Assembly: GCA_963764715.1 (NCBI GenBank)
Contig: CAVXTP010000026.1
Span: forward strand, 22,346 to 86,345
Reading direction: 5' to 3'
Source: an uncultured Acidobacteriota bacterium
Lineage (GTDB): Bacteria > Acidobacteriota > Thermoanaerobaculia > UBA5066 > Gp7-AA6
DNA length: 64,000 nt
Position 1 is the stretch's first letter. Every line of letters starts with the position of its first letter. A program made the position numbers and the translations under genes. Shown here piece after piece: positions 47,420-56,123 of this stretch. The notes below the pieces were generated by a model. It worked only from the letters and a program-made list of their open reading frames with translations, made no database searches and had not been told where the DNA came from.

Positions 47420-49009
47420 TCAGGGACGGGAGCGCAGCTTCTCCGCCGCCCGCAGCCCCGCCCGGAAGCGCTCGGCGTGCTTCGGGTCCTGGAACGGATA
47501 CGAGGCGGCCAGGTATTGCTCGTCCATCGTCCCGCCCAGCTCCTCGAGGGCCCGGAACGCGTCGCGCGCGAGCGCCGCGTCGCCGGTCAGCCCCGCCAGC
47601 ACGATCTGCCGCTGCCGGGCGCGCAGGTTCGAGGGATCGATGGCGATCGAGCGCCCGAGGTGCTCCCCGGCGCTCGCCAGGTCGCCCTCCAGCAGGTGCC
47701 ACAGCCCCAGGTCGGCCTCGACGACCTCGGCGTGGCCGTACCGCGGGTCCACGCGAAAGACGTTGCTCTGCGTCGCGATCGCGCCCTTCAAGTCTCCCGC
47801 GAAGCCGGAGATGCAGCCGGAAAAGTGGTGCGCCATCGACGCGCTGGGATTGAGCTCGATGGCCTTGTCCGCGTGGAGCCTCGCGCGCGGAACCGAGAGA
47901 TTCGTCCAGAGCTCGGCCGCGCTCATCAGCGCGTGGCCCATCCACGAGGCCGGGTCGAGCTCCACGGAGATGCTCGCCGCCTCGAGCACGCCGCGAAACG
48001 CCTCGCGCGCGCCCACGACCCGGCCGCCCTTCCAGCCCTTGAGCGCCTGCTCGAAGCGGGTCTGGGCGATGACGCTCCACGGCAACGCGAACCCCGGATC
48101 GACGCGCGTCGCGTCCTCGAGGAGCGCGAGCGCCTCCGAAAAATCGTGCGGCGTCGCGCGGTGAAGATGCCAGAGCCCCTTGATCGTCATGTCCCAGGCC
48201 GTGAGGTCCTCGTGCCGCTTCCGCATCACGCGCCGTGTCTCTTCCGAGGTGAGCTCGGGGGCGATGCGGCGGAAGATCTCGGCCGCGATCTCCGACTGCG
48301 TGCGCGGAAGGTCGGCGGCGTCGCCGGCGTACCGGGCGGACCAGAGCTGCGTGTCGGTCGCCGTGTCCAGCAGCTCGACCGTCAGCCGCCACGAACCCCC
48401 GGCGCGCAGCAGCCGGCCGGTCACGGCGTAGCGTGCGCCCATCGCCGCGGCGCGCCGGGACGCCGGAAGCGCCGCGTGGGTCCGGTCGAACGACGAGTCG
48501 CGGGACAGGATCGGAAACCAGCGCCAGGACGAGAGCTCCGCGATCAGCTCCTCGGCGACGCCGTCGGCGAAGTACGCGTCCTCGGGCGCTCCGCCCTCGT
48601 TCTCGAAGGGCAGGACCGCGAGCACCGGCCGGGCGAGCACCTCGCGCGTCAGCTCCTGCGCGGCCGTCGGCGCCGGAGACGGGCCCGGCGCCGGCGCGGC
48701 CGCGGATTCCACCTCGCCGACGAACCGGAAGCCCTGCCCGTGAACGGTCCGGATGAGCCGCTGCGCGTCGCCGTCGTCGTCGAGCGCCTGCCGCGCGGAC
48801 TTGATCCGGCTGGAGAGCGCCGAGTCCGAGACGGCGCGGCCCTCCCAGACGGTCTCGATGATCTCGGCGCGCGGCACCATGCGGTGGCGGTTCTCGATCA
48901 GCAGCGCGAGCAGCGCGAAGACCTGCGGCTCGACCGGCCGGGGCCGGCCTCCGCGGCGCAGCTCGTACCGGTCGGTGTCGAGCTCGAAGGATTCGAAGCG
49001 GTGGATCAC
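47420..49009 (-). CDS. OmpR-type wHTH / TolB-like / TPR one-component regulator
   Basis: FELDTDRYELRR..VEPQVF, IRTVHGQGFRF, LAVLPFEN, YFADGVAEELI, TPR helices. Confidence 0.85.
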   Translation of the reverse strand: MIHRFESFELDTDRYELRRGGRPRPVEPQVFALLALLIENRHRMVPRAEIIETVWEGRAVSDSALSSRIKSARQALDDDGDAQRLIRTVHGQGFRFVGEVESAAAPAPGPSPAPTAAQELTREVLARPVLAVLPFENEGGAPEDAYFADGVAEELIAELSSWRWFPILSRDSSFDRTHAALPASRRAAAMGARYAVTGRLLRAGGSWRLTVELLDTATDTQLWSARYAGDAADLPRTQSEIAAEIFRRIAPELTSEETRRVMRKRHEDLTAWDMTIKGLWHLHRATPHDFSEALALLEDATRVDPGFALPWSVIAQTRFEQALKGWKGGRVVGAREAFRGVLEAASISVELDPASWMGHALMSAAELWTNLSVPRARLHADKAIELNPSASMAHHFSGCISGFAGDLKGAIATQSNVFRVDPRYGHAEVVEADLGLWHLLEGDLASAGEHLGRSIAIDPSNLRARQRQIVLAGLTGDAALARDAFRALEELGGTMDEQYLAASYPFQDPKHAERFRAGLRAAEKLRSRP

Positions 49010-49034
49010 AGGGATGCCTGCTCCGGAGCGACGA

Positions 49035-49064
49035 TCTTCAAGAAATATCCAGACCCTCTCCAAG
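49035..49064. promoter_or_regulatory. Three direct repeats with 11-bp period (putative wHTH binding site)
   Basis: TCTTCAAG (49035), TATCCAGA (49046), TCTCCAAG (49057) in a divergent intergenic region. Confidence 0.5.
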
Positions 49065-49140
49065 CACCGGGGGGACCCGCCGGCCTACTGTCGCGGCGGC
49101 TCCGGAAATCACTCCGGCGCCATCCTAACGGAGGCGGCCC

Positions 49141-49362
49141 ATGCCGTTGGTCGACATTCAGCTCATCGAAGGGGTATTCAACGCCGCGCAGAAGCGCAGC
49201 ATGATCGAGAAGGTCACCGACGCGATGGTCGGGATCGAGGGCGAGGCCATGCGGGGCGTCACGTGGGTGCGGGTCCACGAGATTCCGAGCGGCGAGTGGG
49301 CCATCGGCGGCAAGCCCCTGACGACGTCCGACATCAAGGCTCTCCAGGCGCAGGGGCGCTGA
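49141..49362 (+). CDS. 4-oxalocrotonate tautomerase family protein
   Basis: Catalytic Pro-1 (M-PLV), QKRSMIEKVTDAM, WAIGG. Confidence 0.88.
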   Translation: MPLVDIQLIEGVFNAAQKRSMIEKVTDAMVGIEGEAMRGVTWVRVHEIPSGEWAIGGKPLTTSDIKALQAQGR

Positions 49363-49394
49363 GGCGCCGGCCTGGAGAGCAAAGGAGGAGAACG

Positions 49395-49796
49395 ATGACT
49401 GAGGCTTTGCGTCTGAAGTCCTTGAAAGTCGCCCTGGTGATCGTGGGCATCATCTTCATCGTCGGGATCTACCTGCTCGGGATCGTCTGGCCGTCGGGCT
49501 GGGTGTGGCACCCCGGTCAGTCCGACTACCTGATGATGATCATCGGGGTCTACGCCACGCTCGGCGTGTTCCTGCTCGTCGCGGCGCGCGACCCGCTCGC
49601 GCATCGGAGCCTGATCTGGTTCACGGTGTGGTCGAGCGTCGTGCACGCGTCGATCATGCTGGTCCAGTCGTTCACGACACCGGGAAGCCACGGCCATCTC
49701 ATGGGCGACGTGCCCGCGCTCTTCATCGTGGCGGCGGTGCTGGCCGTGCTGACGCCGCGAGGCGGAGCGCCCGGTTTGTCGCCGCGGCGGGCGTGA
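49395..49796 (+). CDS. Small 4-TM membrane protein (DUF6632-like)
   Basis: WPSGWVW, MMIIGVYATLGVFLL, HRSLIWFTVWSS, HLMGDV. Confidence 0.75.
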   Translation: MTEALRLKSLKVALVIVGIIFIVGIYLLGIVWPSGWVWHPGQSDYLMMIIGVYATLGVFLLVAARDPLAHRSLIWFTVWSSVVHASIMLVQSFTTPGSHGHLMGDVPALFIVAAVLAVLTPRGGAPGLSPRRA

Positions 49797-49814
49797 CGGG
49801 GCGGCGCGGCGGAG

Positions 49815-49847
49815 GGGGCCGGTCCCGGGACTCGCGGACCGGCCCCC
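49815..49847. terminator. GC hairpin between convergent genes
   Basis: GGGGCCGGTCC...GGACCGGCCCC; no U-tract. Confidence 0.4.
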
Positions 49848-49857
49848 GTTCCCCCGG

Positions 49858-50997
49858 CTAGACGCTCCGCATCCCCTCGAAGATCGCCCGCTGCCCCGCC
49901 AGGATCCGCTTTTCCGCCTCGAGGTCGAACTCGAGCGTCTCGACTCCCCGCTCGAAGGTCCCGCCGAGGAGGATCCCGTCGCTGCGCGGGAACATGTAGA
50001 GGCCGTCCTTCTCGGTGGCGTAGTTCACGCCCGGCTGCGGCAGCAGGACGGTGAGCTGGCCCTTGATCGGGGTCAGCTCCGGATCGCCGAAGAGCTCGCG
50101 GGATCCGAGGCCGGTGCAATTCACGACGACCGGCTGCGGCAGCTCGAGGAGCCCGGCCGGCTGCGCAAAGGCGCGCACCGCGATCCGGCCCCCGGCGAGA
50201 CGGAAGTCCCGCAGGAGCGCGCGCAGGTAGGTCGGCGGCTCGATGAAGATCGTGTCCTCGACCACGACGCGCGGCGCCGCGAACGGATTCTCCGACGCCG
50301 GGAGCGCGCGCCGCCCCGGGTAGAGCTCGGGAAGTCCCTGATCCGGAAGGCCGTTGTTGTCGGCATGCTCCGACAAGGTGTAGAGCTGGCGCCAGCGCAC
50401 CGCATAGTCGCTTCCGACGAGTCCCTGGAAGTACCGCTGCGACCGCTTCGCCGCGCTCGCGAACTGGCCGTCGAACGCCGGAGTGCTCCGGGATCGGTCG
50501 TAGACGAAGGACGGGTACCACATCGCGCCGGCGACGTTGGACGTCGTGTCCGGCGGCAGGTCCCGCGCGTAGATCGTCACGTCGAACCCGCGGTCCTGGA
50601 GCACGCGCGCGGTCGCGAGCCCCACGGCGCCGCTCCCGATCACGGCGGCCGATCCCGCCCGGCCGCTCTCCCGCACGAGATCCGCGGCCAGGAAGGCCGT
50701 CCCCCAGGAAAGCGTGACCCCCGCGCCGCCGTGACCGTAGTTGTGGACGAGGAGCTTGTCTCCCAGGCCCTCCGCGCGGACCACGAATCCCGACGGCCGG
50801 AACGGCCGCAGACCCACGACCCGGCGGATGACCCGATCCGAAGCCACGTCGACCCGCTCGAGCCGCCGCATCGGAACGCCGCCGGGCGAGGGCGGCTCGA
50901 CGGCGTAGGTCTTGAGGCGACTCGCGCAGCGGCTGGCGAAGACGACGGACGCCGCGGTGCCTCCCAGGCGCAGGAGCCGGCGGCGGCTGTAGAGCAT
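49858..50997 (-). CDS. Tat-exported D-amino acid oxidase-like flavoenzyme, circularly permuted
   Basis: SRRRLL Tat motif; GLRPFR and HNYGHGGAGVTLSWG precede VIGSGAVG; VVNCTGLG, PIKGQ. Confidence 0.85.
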   Translation of the reverse strand: MLYSRRRLLRLGGTAASVVFASRCASRLKTYAVEPPSPGGVPMRRLERVDVASDRVIRRVVGLRPFRPSGFVVRAEGLGDKLLVHNYGHGGAGVTLSWGTAFLAADLVRESGRAGSAAVIGSGAVGLATARVLQDRGFDVTIYARDLPPDTTSNVAGAMWYPSFVYDRSRSTPAFDGQFASAAKRSQRYFQGLVGSDYAVRWRQLYTLSEHADNNGLPDQGLPELYPGRRALPASENPFAAPRVVVEDTIFIEPPTYLRALLRDFRLAGGRIAVRAFAQPAGLLELPQPVVVNCTGLGSRELFGDPELTPIKGQLTVLLPQPGVNYATEKDGLYMFPRSDGILLGGTFERGVETLEFDLEAEKRILAGQRAIFEGMRSV

Positions 50998-51067
50998 CAG
51001 GGGATTGTAGGCGTGCGGGCCGGCCTTCGGCACCCGAAGTCAGCAAATCAAGACTGACCCCGGAGGC

Positions 51068-51142
51068 TCACATCCGGCGCGCGACCGCCGCGAGGAGAAC
51101 GGCGATCAACAGGACGCCGAGGAGCGACTCGAAGCCGGTCAT
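51068..51142 (-). pseudogene. 5' remnant of a CPA1 antiporter-like gene
   Basis: MTGFESLLGVLLIAVLLAAVARRM* resembles the first TM helix of CPA1 antiporters. Confidence 0.4.
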
Positions 51143-51306
51143 GAGCCGGCGATTACGATTATGAGGGGCGTCGCCGGCGCGACGTAGCCCGAGGAGCCCG
51201 GAGCCGGCGTTCCCGCCCCCCGCGCCCCAAGGATCCGCCAGGACGGCGGCGCCGCAACCCCCGGGCCTCCGCCGCCGTATGAGCCAGCAAGCCATCGGAG
51301 GAACGG

Positions 51307-52449
51307 ATGACGCGGAGACTCGCCGGATCCCTTCCCGTTCTCGCGGCCGTGCTGTGGTTAGCGTCCTCAGCGGCGCCGGCGGCCCCCTCGCCCCTCGAGA
51401 CCTCGGTCGAGAAGGCCCGCGCCATGCTCGTCAAGGAGGACCTGGGCGGCGGGATCTACGTCTTCCGCGCGCCGGAAAAGCTCGAGTACTGGACCTCGAC
51501 CAACTCGGTCGTCATCGTCAACGAGGACGACGTCGTCGTCTTCGACAGCCCGACTCGCGCGGTCACGGCGAAGGCGGTCATCGCGGAGATCCGCGCCCTG
51601 ACGCGCAAGCCCGTCACGGTCCTGATCAACTCGCACTGGCACCAGGACCACTGGTCGGGCAACGACGAGTACGTGAAGGCCTTTCCGGGGCTGCGCATCG
51701 TCGCGACCGAGCAGACCCGCGATCACATGCGGCGGATGCCGGCCCGCTACTTCGCGTCGGGGATCGAACGGAGCCTCGCCGCGCGCCGCGCCGAGCTCGC
51801 CGCCGCGGTCCGGACAGGCAAGCTCGCCGACGGCTCGCCGCTCACGCCCGAGGTCCGCGCCCGCAAGGAAGCCGACATCGCCGAGACCGCGCAGTTCGGG
51901 GCCGAGGTCGCGGCCCTGCCCCGCGTCCTGCCCAACGTCGTCTTCCGGGACGAGATGGTCCTCTGGAGCGGCAAACGGGAGATGCGCCTCGTCAGCCTCA
52001 CCGGCGACGCCACCGCGTCGGCCGTCCTGTACCTGCCCGGCGGCCGGATCCTCGCCACCGGCGACGTCCTCGTCAGTCCGGAAGACGGCAAGGGCCCGCC
52101 GCCCTGGACCACGAACTCCTGGGCCATCACGCCGTGGCTCGAGAGCTTCCGTCGTCTCGACGCCCTGAATGTGGCCGCGATCGTGCCGGGCCAGGGCCCG
52201 GTCATGCACGACAAGACGTACCTGCGGCGGACGATCGAGCTCTACGCCGCCATCCTCGACCAGGTGCACGCGGCCCTCGAGCGCGGCCTCGTCACGCAGG
52301 ACGAGGTCCGGGCGGCCGTCGACGTCGACCGGATCGGCCTCGCCTACACGCCGGACGCGGGCCTGAGCGGCTCCTTCCACAGGTGGGTGGGCGTCCTCTC
52401 GAAGAAAGCGATGCAGGAGGCGCTCGACGGGGCGGCGGACGTCAAGTAG
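51307..52449 (+). CDS. Secreted MBL-fold metallo-hydrolase
   Basis: SHWHQDH, TGDVL, IVPGQG; paralogous to 32259-33365. Confidence 0.85.
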   Translation: MTRRLAGSLPVLAAVLWLASSAAPAAPSPLETSVEKARAMLVKEDLGGGIYVFRAPEKLEYWTSTNSVVIVNEDDVVVFDSPTRAVTAKAVIAEIRALTRKPVTVLINSHWHQDHWSGNDEYVKAFPGLRIVATEQTRDHMRRMPARYFASGIERSLAARRAELAAAVRTGKLADGSPLTPEVRARKEADIAETAQFGAEVAALPRVLPNVVFRDEMVLWSGKREMRLVSLTGDATASAVLYLPGGRILATGDVLVSPEDGKGPPPWTTNSWAITPWLESFRRLDALNVAAIVPGQGPVMHDKTYLRRTIELYAAILDQVHAALERGLVTQDEVRAAVDVDRIGLAYTPDAGLSGSFHRWVGVLSKKAMQEALDGAADVK

Positions 52450-52516
52450 AGGAGGCGTCGCGGCCGGTCAACCACTCGACACTCCCGCCGTATATGTTCG
52501 GAAGGGAGGCTCTCGC

Positions 52517-52647
52517 ATGAAACGACTGCGGACTGCCTGGATGAGGCGATCGGCCGCGTGACGAAGATCCTGACCCTCGCGGAGCTGCCGATCATCTTCT
52601 GGCTCCTGATCCGGGGCGCGAGGCCGCAGCGGGCGACTTCGAACTGA
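52517..52647 (+). pseudogene. Remnant resembling a DUF4386 C-terminus
   Basis: GGGAGG plus ATG at 52517, then out-of-frame TLAELPIIFWLLIRGARPQ..*. Confidence 0.4.
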
Positions 52648-52670
52648 AACTTTCCGAAGGAGGCGAGACG

Positions 52671-53321
52671 TTGTCCAGACTGCGCGTCCATTCGTTCGCT
52701 GTCTCGATCGACGGCTTCGGCGCCGGGCCGAACCAGGACCTGGAGAATCCGCTCGGCGTCGGCGGCCCGGAGCTCTTCCAGTGGTTCTTCCCCACGCGGA
52801 CCTTTCAGCAGATGCACGGGCAGGCGGGCGGCGAGACGGGCGCCGACGACGCCATCGCGGCGAAGGGGTTCGAGGGCTTCGGCGCGTGGATCCTGGGCCG
52901 GAACATGTTCGGCCCGGTCCGCGGCCCGTGGCCGGACGAGAGCTGGAAGGGCTGGTGGGGCGACGAGCCTCCGTACCACGTGCCCACGTTCGTCCTGACG
53001 CATCACGCCCGTAAACCCATCTTGATGAAGGGCGGCACCGAGTTCCGCTTCGTCACGGGCGGCATTCACTCCGCGCTCGCCCAGGCGCGGGAGGCGGCGG
53101 GCGGCAAGGACGTCCGCCTCGGCGGCGGCGTCTCGACGGTCCGGCAGTACCTCGAGGCGCGCCTCGTCGACGATCTGCACCTGGCGATCGCGCCGGTCCT
53201 GCTCGGCTCGGGTGAGAACCTGCTCGGCGGCCTCGACCTGCGCGCGCTCGGCTACGAGTGCGTCGAGCACATCCCCGGCGAGCGCGCTGCCGCGCACGTC
53301 ATCCTGCGCCGGCGCGGCTGA
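52671..53321 (+). CDS. Dihydrofolate reductase / RibD C-terminal family protein
   Basis: SIDGFGAGP, ILGRNMF, WWGDEPPY, GGG, IAPVLLGSG. Confidence 0.9.
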   Translation: MSRLRVHSFAVSIDGFGAGPNQDLENPLGVGGPELFQWFFPTRTFQQMHGQAGGETGADDAIAAKGFEGFGAWILGRNMFGPVRGPWPDESWKGWWGDEPPYHVPTFVLTHHARKPILMKGGTEFRFVTGGIHSALAQAREAAGGKDVRLGGGVSTVRQYLEARLVDDLHLAIAPVLLGSGENLLGGLDLRALGYECVEHIPGERAAAHVILRRRG

Positions 53322-53370
53322 TTCCCGGCAGCGGGCCGACGCGGAAGCTACAATTCGTGGACCGACGCCG

Positions 53371-54447
53371 ATGGACACGAAGCTTCGCCAGCGCATCCGC
53401 TACCTGCGCACGGAAGACGGCGTGCAGCTCGCGTGGGCCGAGATCGGGACGGGACCGATCCTGGTCAAGGCCGCGAACTGGCTGGCCCATCTCGAGTACG
53501 AGCCGGAGAGCCCGGTCTGGGGACACTGGATCCGCTTCTTCGGCGAGCACTTCCGTTTCCTGCGCTGGGACGAGCGCGGCTGCGGGCTGACGGACCGGAC
53601 CGTCGACGACCTGTCGTTCGAGCGCTGGCTCGGCGACGTCGACGCCGTCGTGTCCGCCTCGGGAATCGACGAGCCGTTCGCCCTGCTCGGGATCTCGTCC
53701 GGCGCGGCGATCTGCGCCGCCTACGCCGCGCGCCACCCCGAGCGGGTCTCACGCATGATCCTCTACGGCGGCTACGCCCGCGGCTGGGCGCAGCGCGGCG
53801 ATTCGGACGCCGAGCGCCAGTACCGCGCCATGCTGGAGCTGATCCGGGTCGGCTGGGGCAAGGAGAATCCGGTGTTTCGCCAGGTCTTCACGTCCCGTTT
53901 CATCCCCGGGGGAAGCACGGCGCAGATCGGCTGGTTCAACGAGCTCTGCCGCCGGACCAGCGACGGTGAAATGGCGGCGCGGCTGCTCGAGGCCCGCTCC
54001 ACGGTCGACGTCTCCAGCCTGCTCGGCAAGATCGAGGCGCCGACCCTCGTCATCCACTCCCGCGACGACGAGGTCTGCCCGGTCACGGAAGCGCGCCGCC
54101 TCGCCACCGGGATCCCGGGCGCCCAGTTCGTCGAACTGGACAGCCGCAATCACATTCTTCTCGAGGACGAGCCGGCGTGGGCGCGCTTTCAGGAAGTCGT
54201 CCTCGACTTCATGGGTCTCGCGGCCCCTTCCGGCGGCGGAGACCCCGCCTTCGCCCGCCTCACGGCCCGCGAGCGCGAGGTCCTGGCGTTGATCTGCCAG
54301 GGCCTCGCCAACGCCGACATCGGCCAGAGCCTCGCGATCAGCGAGAAGACCGTCCGCAACCACATCTCGAATCTCTTCGACAAGCTCGGGGTTTGGACCC
54401 GGGCGCAGGCGATGGTCTTCGCGCGGGACCACGGTTTCCAGCCCTAG
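53371..54447 (+). CDS. Alpha/beta hydrolase - LuxR HTH fusion regulator
   Basis: WDERGCG, GISSG, LTAREREVL..GLANADI..ISEKTVRNH. Confidence 0.9.
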   Translation: MDTKLRQRIRYLRTEDGVQLAWAEIGTGPILVKAANWLAHLEYEPESPVWGHWIRFFGEHFRFLRWDERGCGLTDRTVDDLSFERWLGDVDAVVSASGIDEPFALLGISSGAAICAAYAARHPERVSRMILYGGYARGWAQRGDSDAERQYRAMLELIRVGWGKENPVFRQVFTSRFIPGGSTAQIGWFNELCRRTSDGEMAARLLEARSTVDVSSLLGKIEAPTLVIHSRDDEVCPVTEARRLATGIPGAQFVELDSRNHILLEDEPAWARFQEVVLDFMGLAAPSGGGDPAFARLTAREREVLALICQGLANADIGQSLAISEKTVRNHISNLFDKLGVWTRAQAMVFARDHGFQP

Positions 54448-55358
54448 TTGGAGAGCGCCCGGGCGACGGCCTCGAGCTTGGCCGGCCCCCGGCTCGTCAG
54501 CTCGCTTACGATCCTGACGAAATTGGGATGCTCCAGCCCGGAGACGAGGAACGTCCAGCGGTAGGCGCGCTGGGTGTTCCGCTTGATCTCGGTCTTTTCC
54601 CGGTCCGAAAGCGTTCGTCCGATGGCCCTCTCGAGGCTCTCCAGATCCAGGTCCGCCTGCTGCGAGAGCAGCCCGTCGACCGCGCCGCCGAGCTCGAGCA
54701 GCTCGTCGACGGCCTTTTCGCGGTCCTCTTCGGCGATCTCCTGAACGATCTCGTCGATGAGGAGCGAATCGATCTTCGCGTGCTGGGCCTCGTCCATCCA
54801 GTGGTACCGGACCAGGTCCCGGAACAGCCCGTCGAGCTCGCCCCGATCCTTGACGTGCTCGACGTAGTGAAGCTGCGTGAACCACTCGATCATGCTGGTC
54901 AGCAGGTAGCTGCAGAGCCGCGACTTGCTCAGCACGACCTTCGCCACTTCTTCGCGGGCGGGGATCAGGCCGCACTCGACTCCGAAGCCCCGCTCGAACA
55001 GCGCCGTCGAGCGCCGGAACAGCTCCTGGTGCTTCGACTCGTCCTCGGCGAAGCGCAGCAAGGTGCGCAGCCGCGTCTCGTCGCCGAAAATGTCCTTCTG
55101 GGCGGCTTCCAGGGCCTGCGGAATGATGTACTCCTCCACGAAGGCGAAGATGTGGCAGTACGCGTTGCCCATGATCTGGTTCAGCTTGAGCTTCTCGCTC
55201 TCGTTCAGGCAGCGGATGCCGTCCACCCCGGAGAGGCGATTGGGAAGAAACCGCTTGGAGTAGTCGAAGTCCCTGCCTTCGAGAACCTGGCGCTCCGTCC
55301 AGGCCACCTGGAGCGAGCTCTTCAGGATGGCCCCATACGAGTAATCGTGTGAAAGCAT
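54444..55358 (-). CDS. Ferritin-like di-iron protein (AurF-like oxygenase)
   Basis: FVEE, DESKH, IEW, DEAQH paired ExxH ligands. Confidence 0.72.
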   Translation of the reverse strand: MLSHDYSYGAILKSSLQVAWTERQVLEGRDFDYSKRFLPNRLSGVDGIRCLNESEKLKLNQIMGNAYCHIFAFVEEYIIPQALEAAQKDIFGDETRLRTLLRFAEDESKHQELFRRSTALFERGFGVECGLIPAREEVAKVVLSKSRLCSYLLTSMIEWFTQLHYVEHVKDRGELDGLFRDLVRYHWMDEAQHAKIDSLLIDEIVQEIAEEDREKAVDELLELGGAVDGLLSQQADLDLESLERAIGRTLSDREKTEIKRNTQRAYRWTFLVSGLEHPNFVRIVSELTSRGPAKLEAVARALSN

Positions 55359-55410
55359 TTGATCTCTCCTTTCGACGCCCAGAATGGCGTCCGACCCGGC
55401 GTCCAACAAT

Positions 55411-55467
55411 GGGAACTACGTCCCGGACGGGCCGGATTCGGAGTGGATCACCCGGGACAATTGCCCC
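55411..55467. promoter_or_regulatory. Two 14-bp imperfect palindromes (consensus GGGAC-N4-GTCCC)
   Basis: GGGAACTACGTCCC (55411-55424) and GGGACAATTGCCCC (55454-55467), 43 bp apart, upstream of the di-iron gene. Confidence 0.5.
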
Positions 55468-55550
55468 GGATCGGCGCGGAAAAGGAGAGCAAGAAGGGCT
55501 GGACAAACCTCTCCCCCGGCGGACCGAGGGAGAGGGGCCGCGCCCGCCTC

Positions 55551-56030
55551 TCAGCGTTTCGCGACGGCGATCGTGATCTTGAATCCGTCCGGGTCGGTCA
55601 GGGAGATGTCGCGGAAGCCCCAGGGCTGGTCCGTCGGCCCCTGATCGAGCCGGCCGCCCTTCGCCTCGATCCGCTTCGCGAGATCGTCGACGCTGCCGTT
55701 GGTCATGCAGAAGATGCGGAAGCCCTCTCCCTTTTTCCGGTCGCGGCCCTTCTTCCAGTCATCCTGGCCGATCATGAACGACACGGCGCCGGCGCGCAGC
55801 GACATTCCCATGACCTTGCCGGCGTCGTCCTTCCACTCCTCCTCGACGGCAAATCCGACGACGTCGCGGTACCACGCGGCGCTCTTCGCGAGGTCGTTGA
55901 CGGTGAGGCTCGGCGACGCGTCGAGCAGCGAGAGCGACCGGCTTCCGGCGGCCTTCGCGGGCGCGGCCTTCGCCTTCGCCGGAGACTTCTTCTTCGCACG
56001 GGCGGTTTTCGCGGATTTCTTTGCAGCCAT
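55551..56030 (-). CDS. VOC/glyoxalase-bleomycin family protein with Lys/Ala-rich N-terminal tail
   Basis: LTVNDLAKSAAWYRDVVGF, QPWGFR..DPDG. Confidence 0.82.
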   Translation of the reverse strand: MAAKKSAKTARAKKKSPAKAKAAPAKAAGSRSLSLLDASPSLTVNDLAKSAAWYRDVVGFAVEEEWKDDAGKVMGMSLRAGAVSFMIGQDDWKKGRDRKKGEGFRIFCMTNGSVDDLAKRIEAKGGRLDQGPTDQPWGFRDISLTDPDGFKITIAVAKR

Positions 56031-56123
56031 GTCATTGCCTCCAGGTAGAGGAGGCTATGACCGGGAGAGCGTCGAGTCAAAAGAGAAGGATACGGGAGCC
56101 CGGCGAAATGTCAGGATTCGGCC

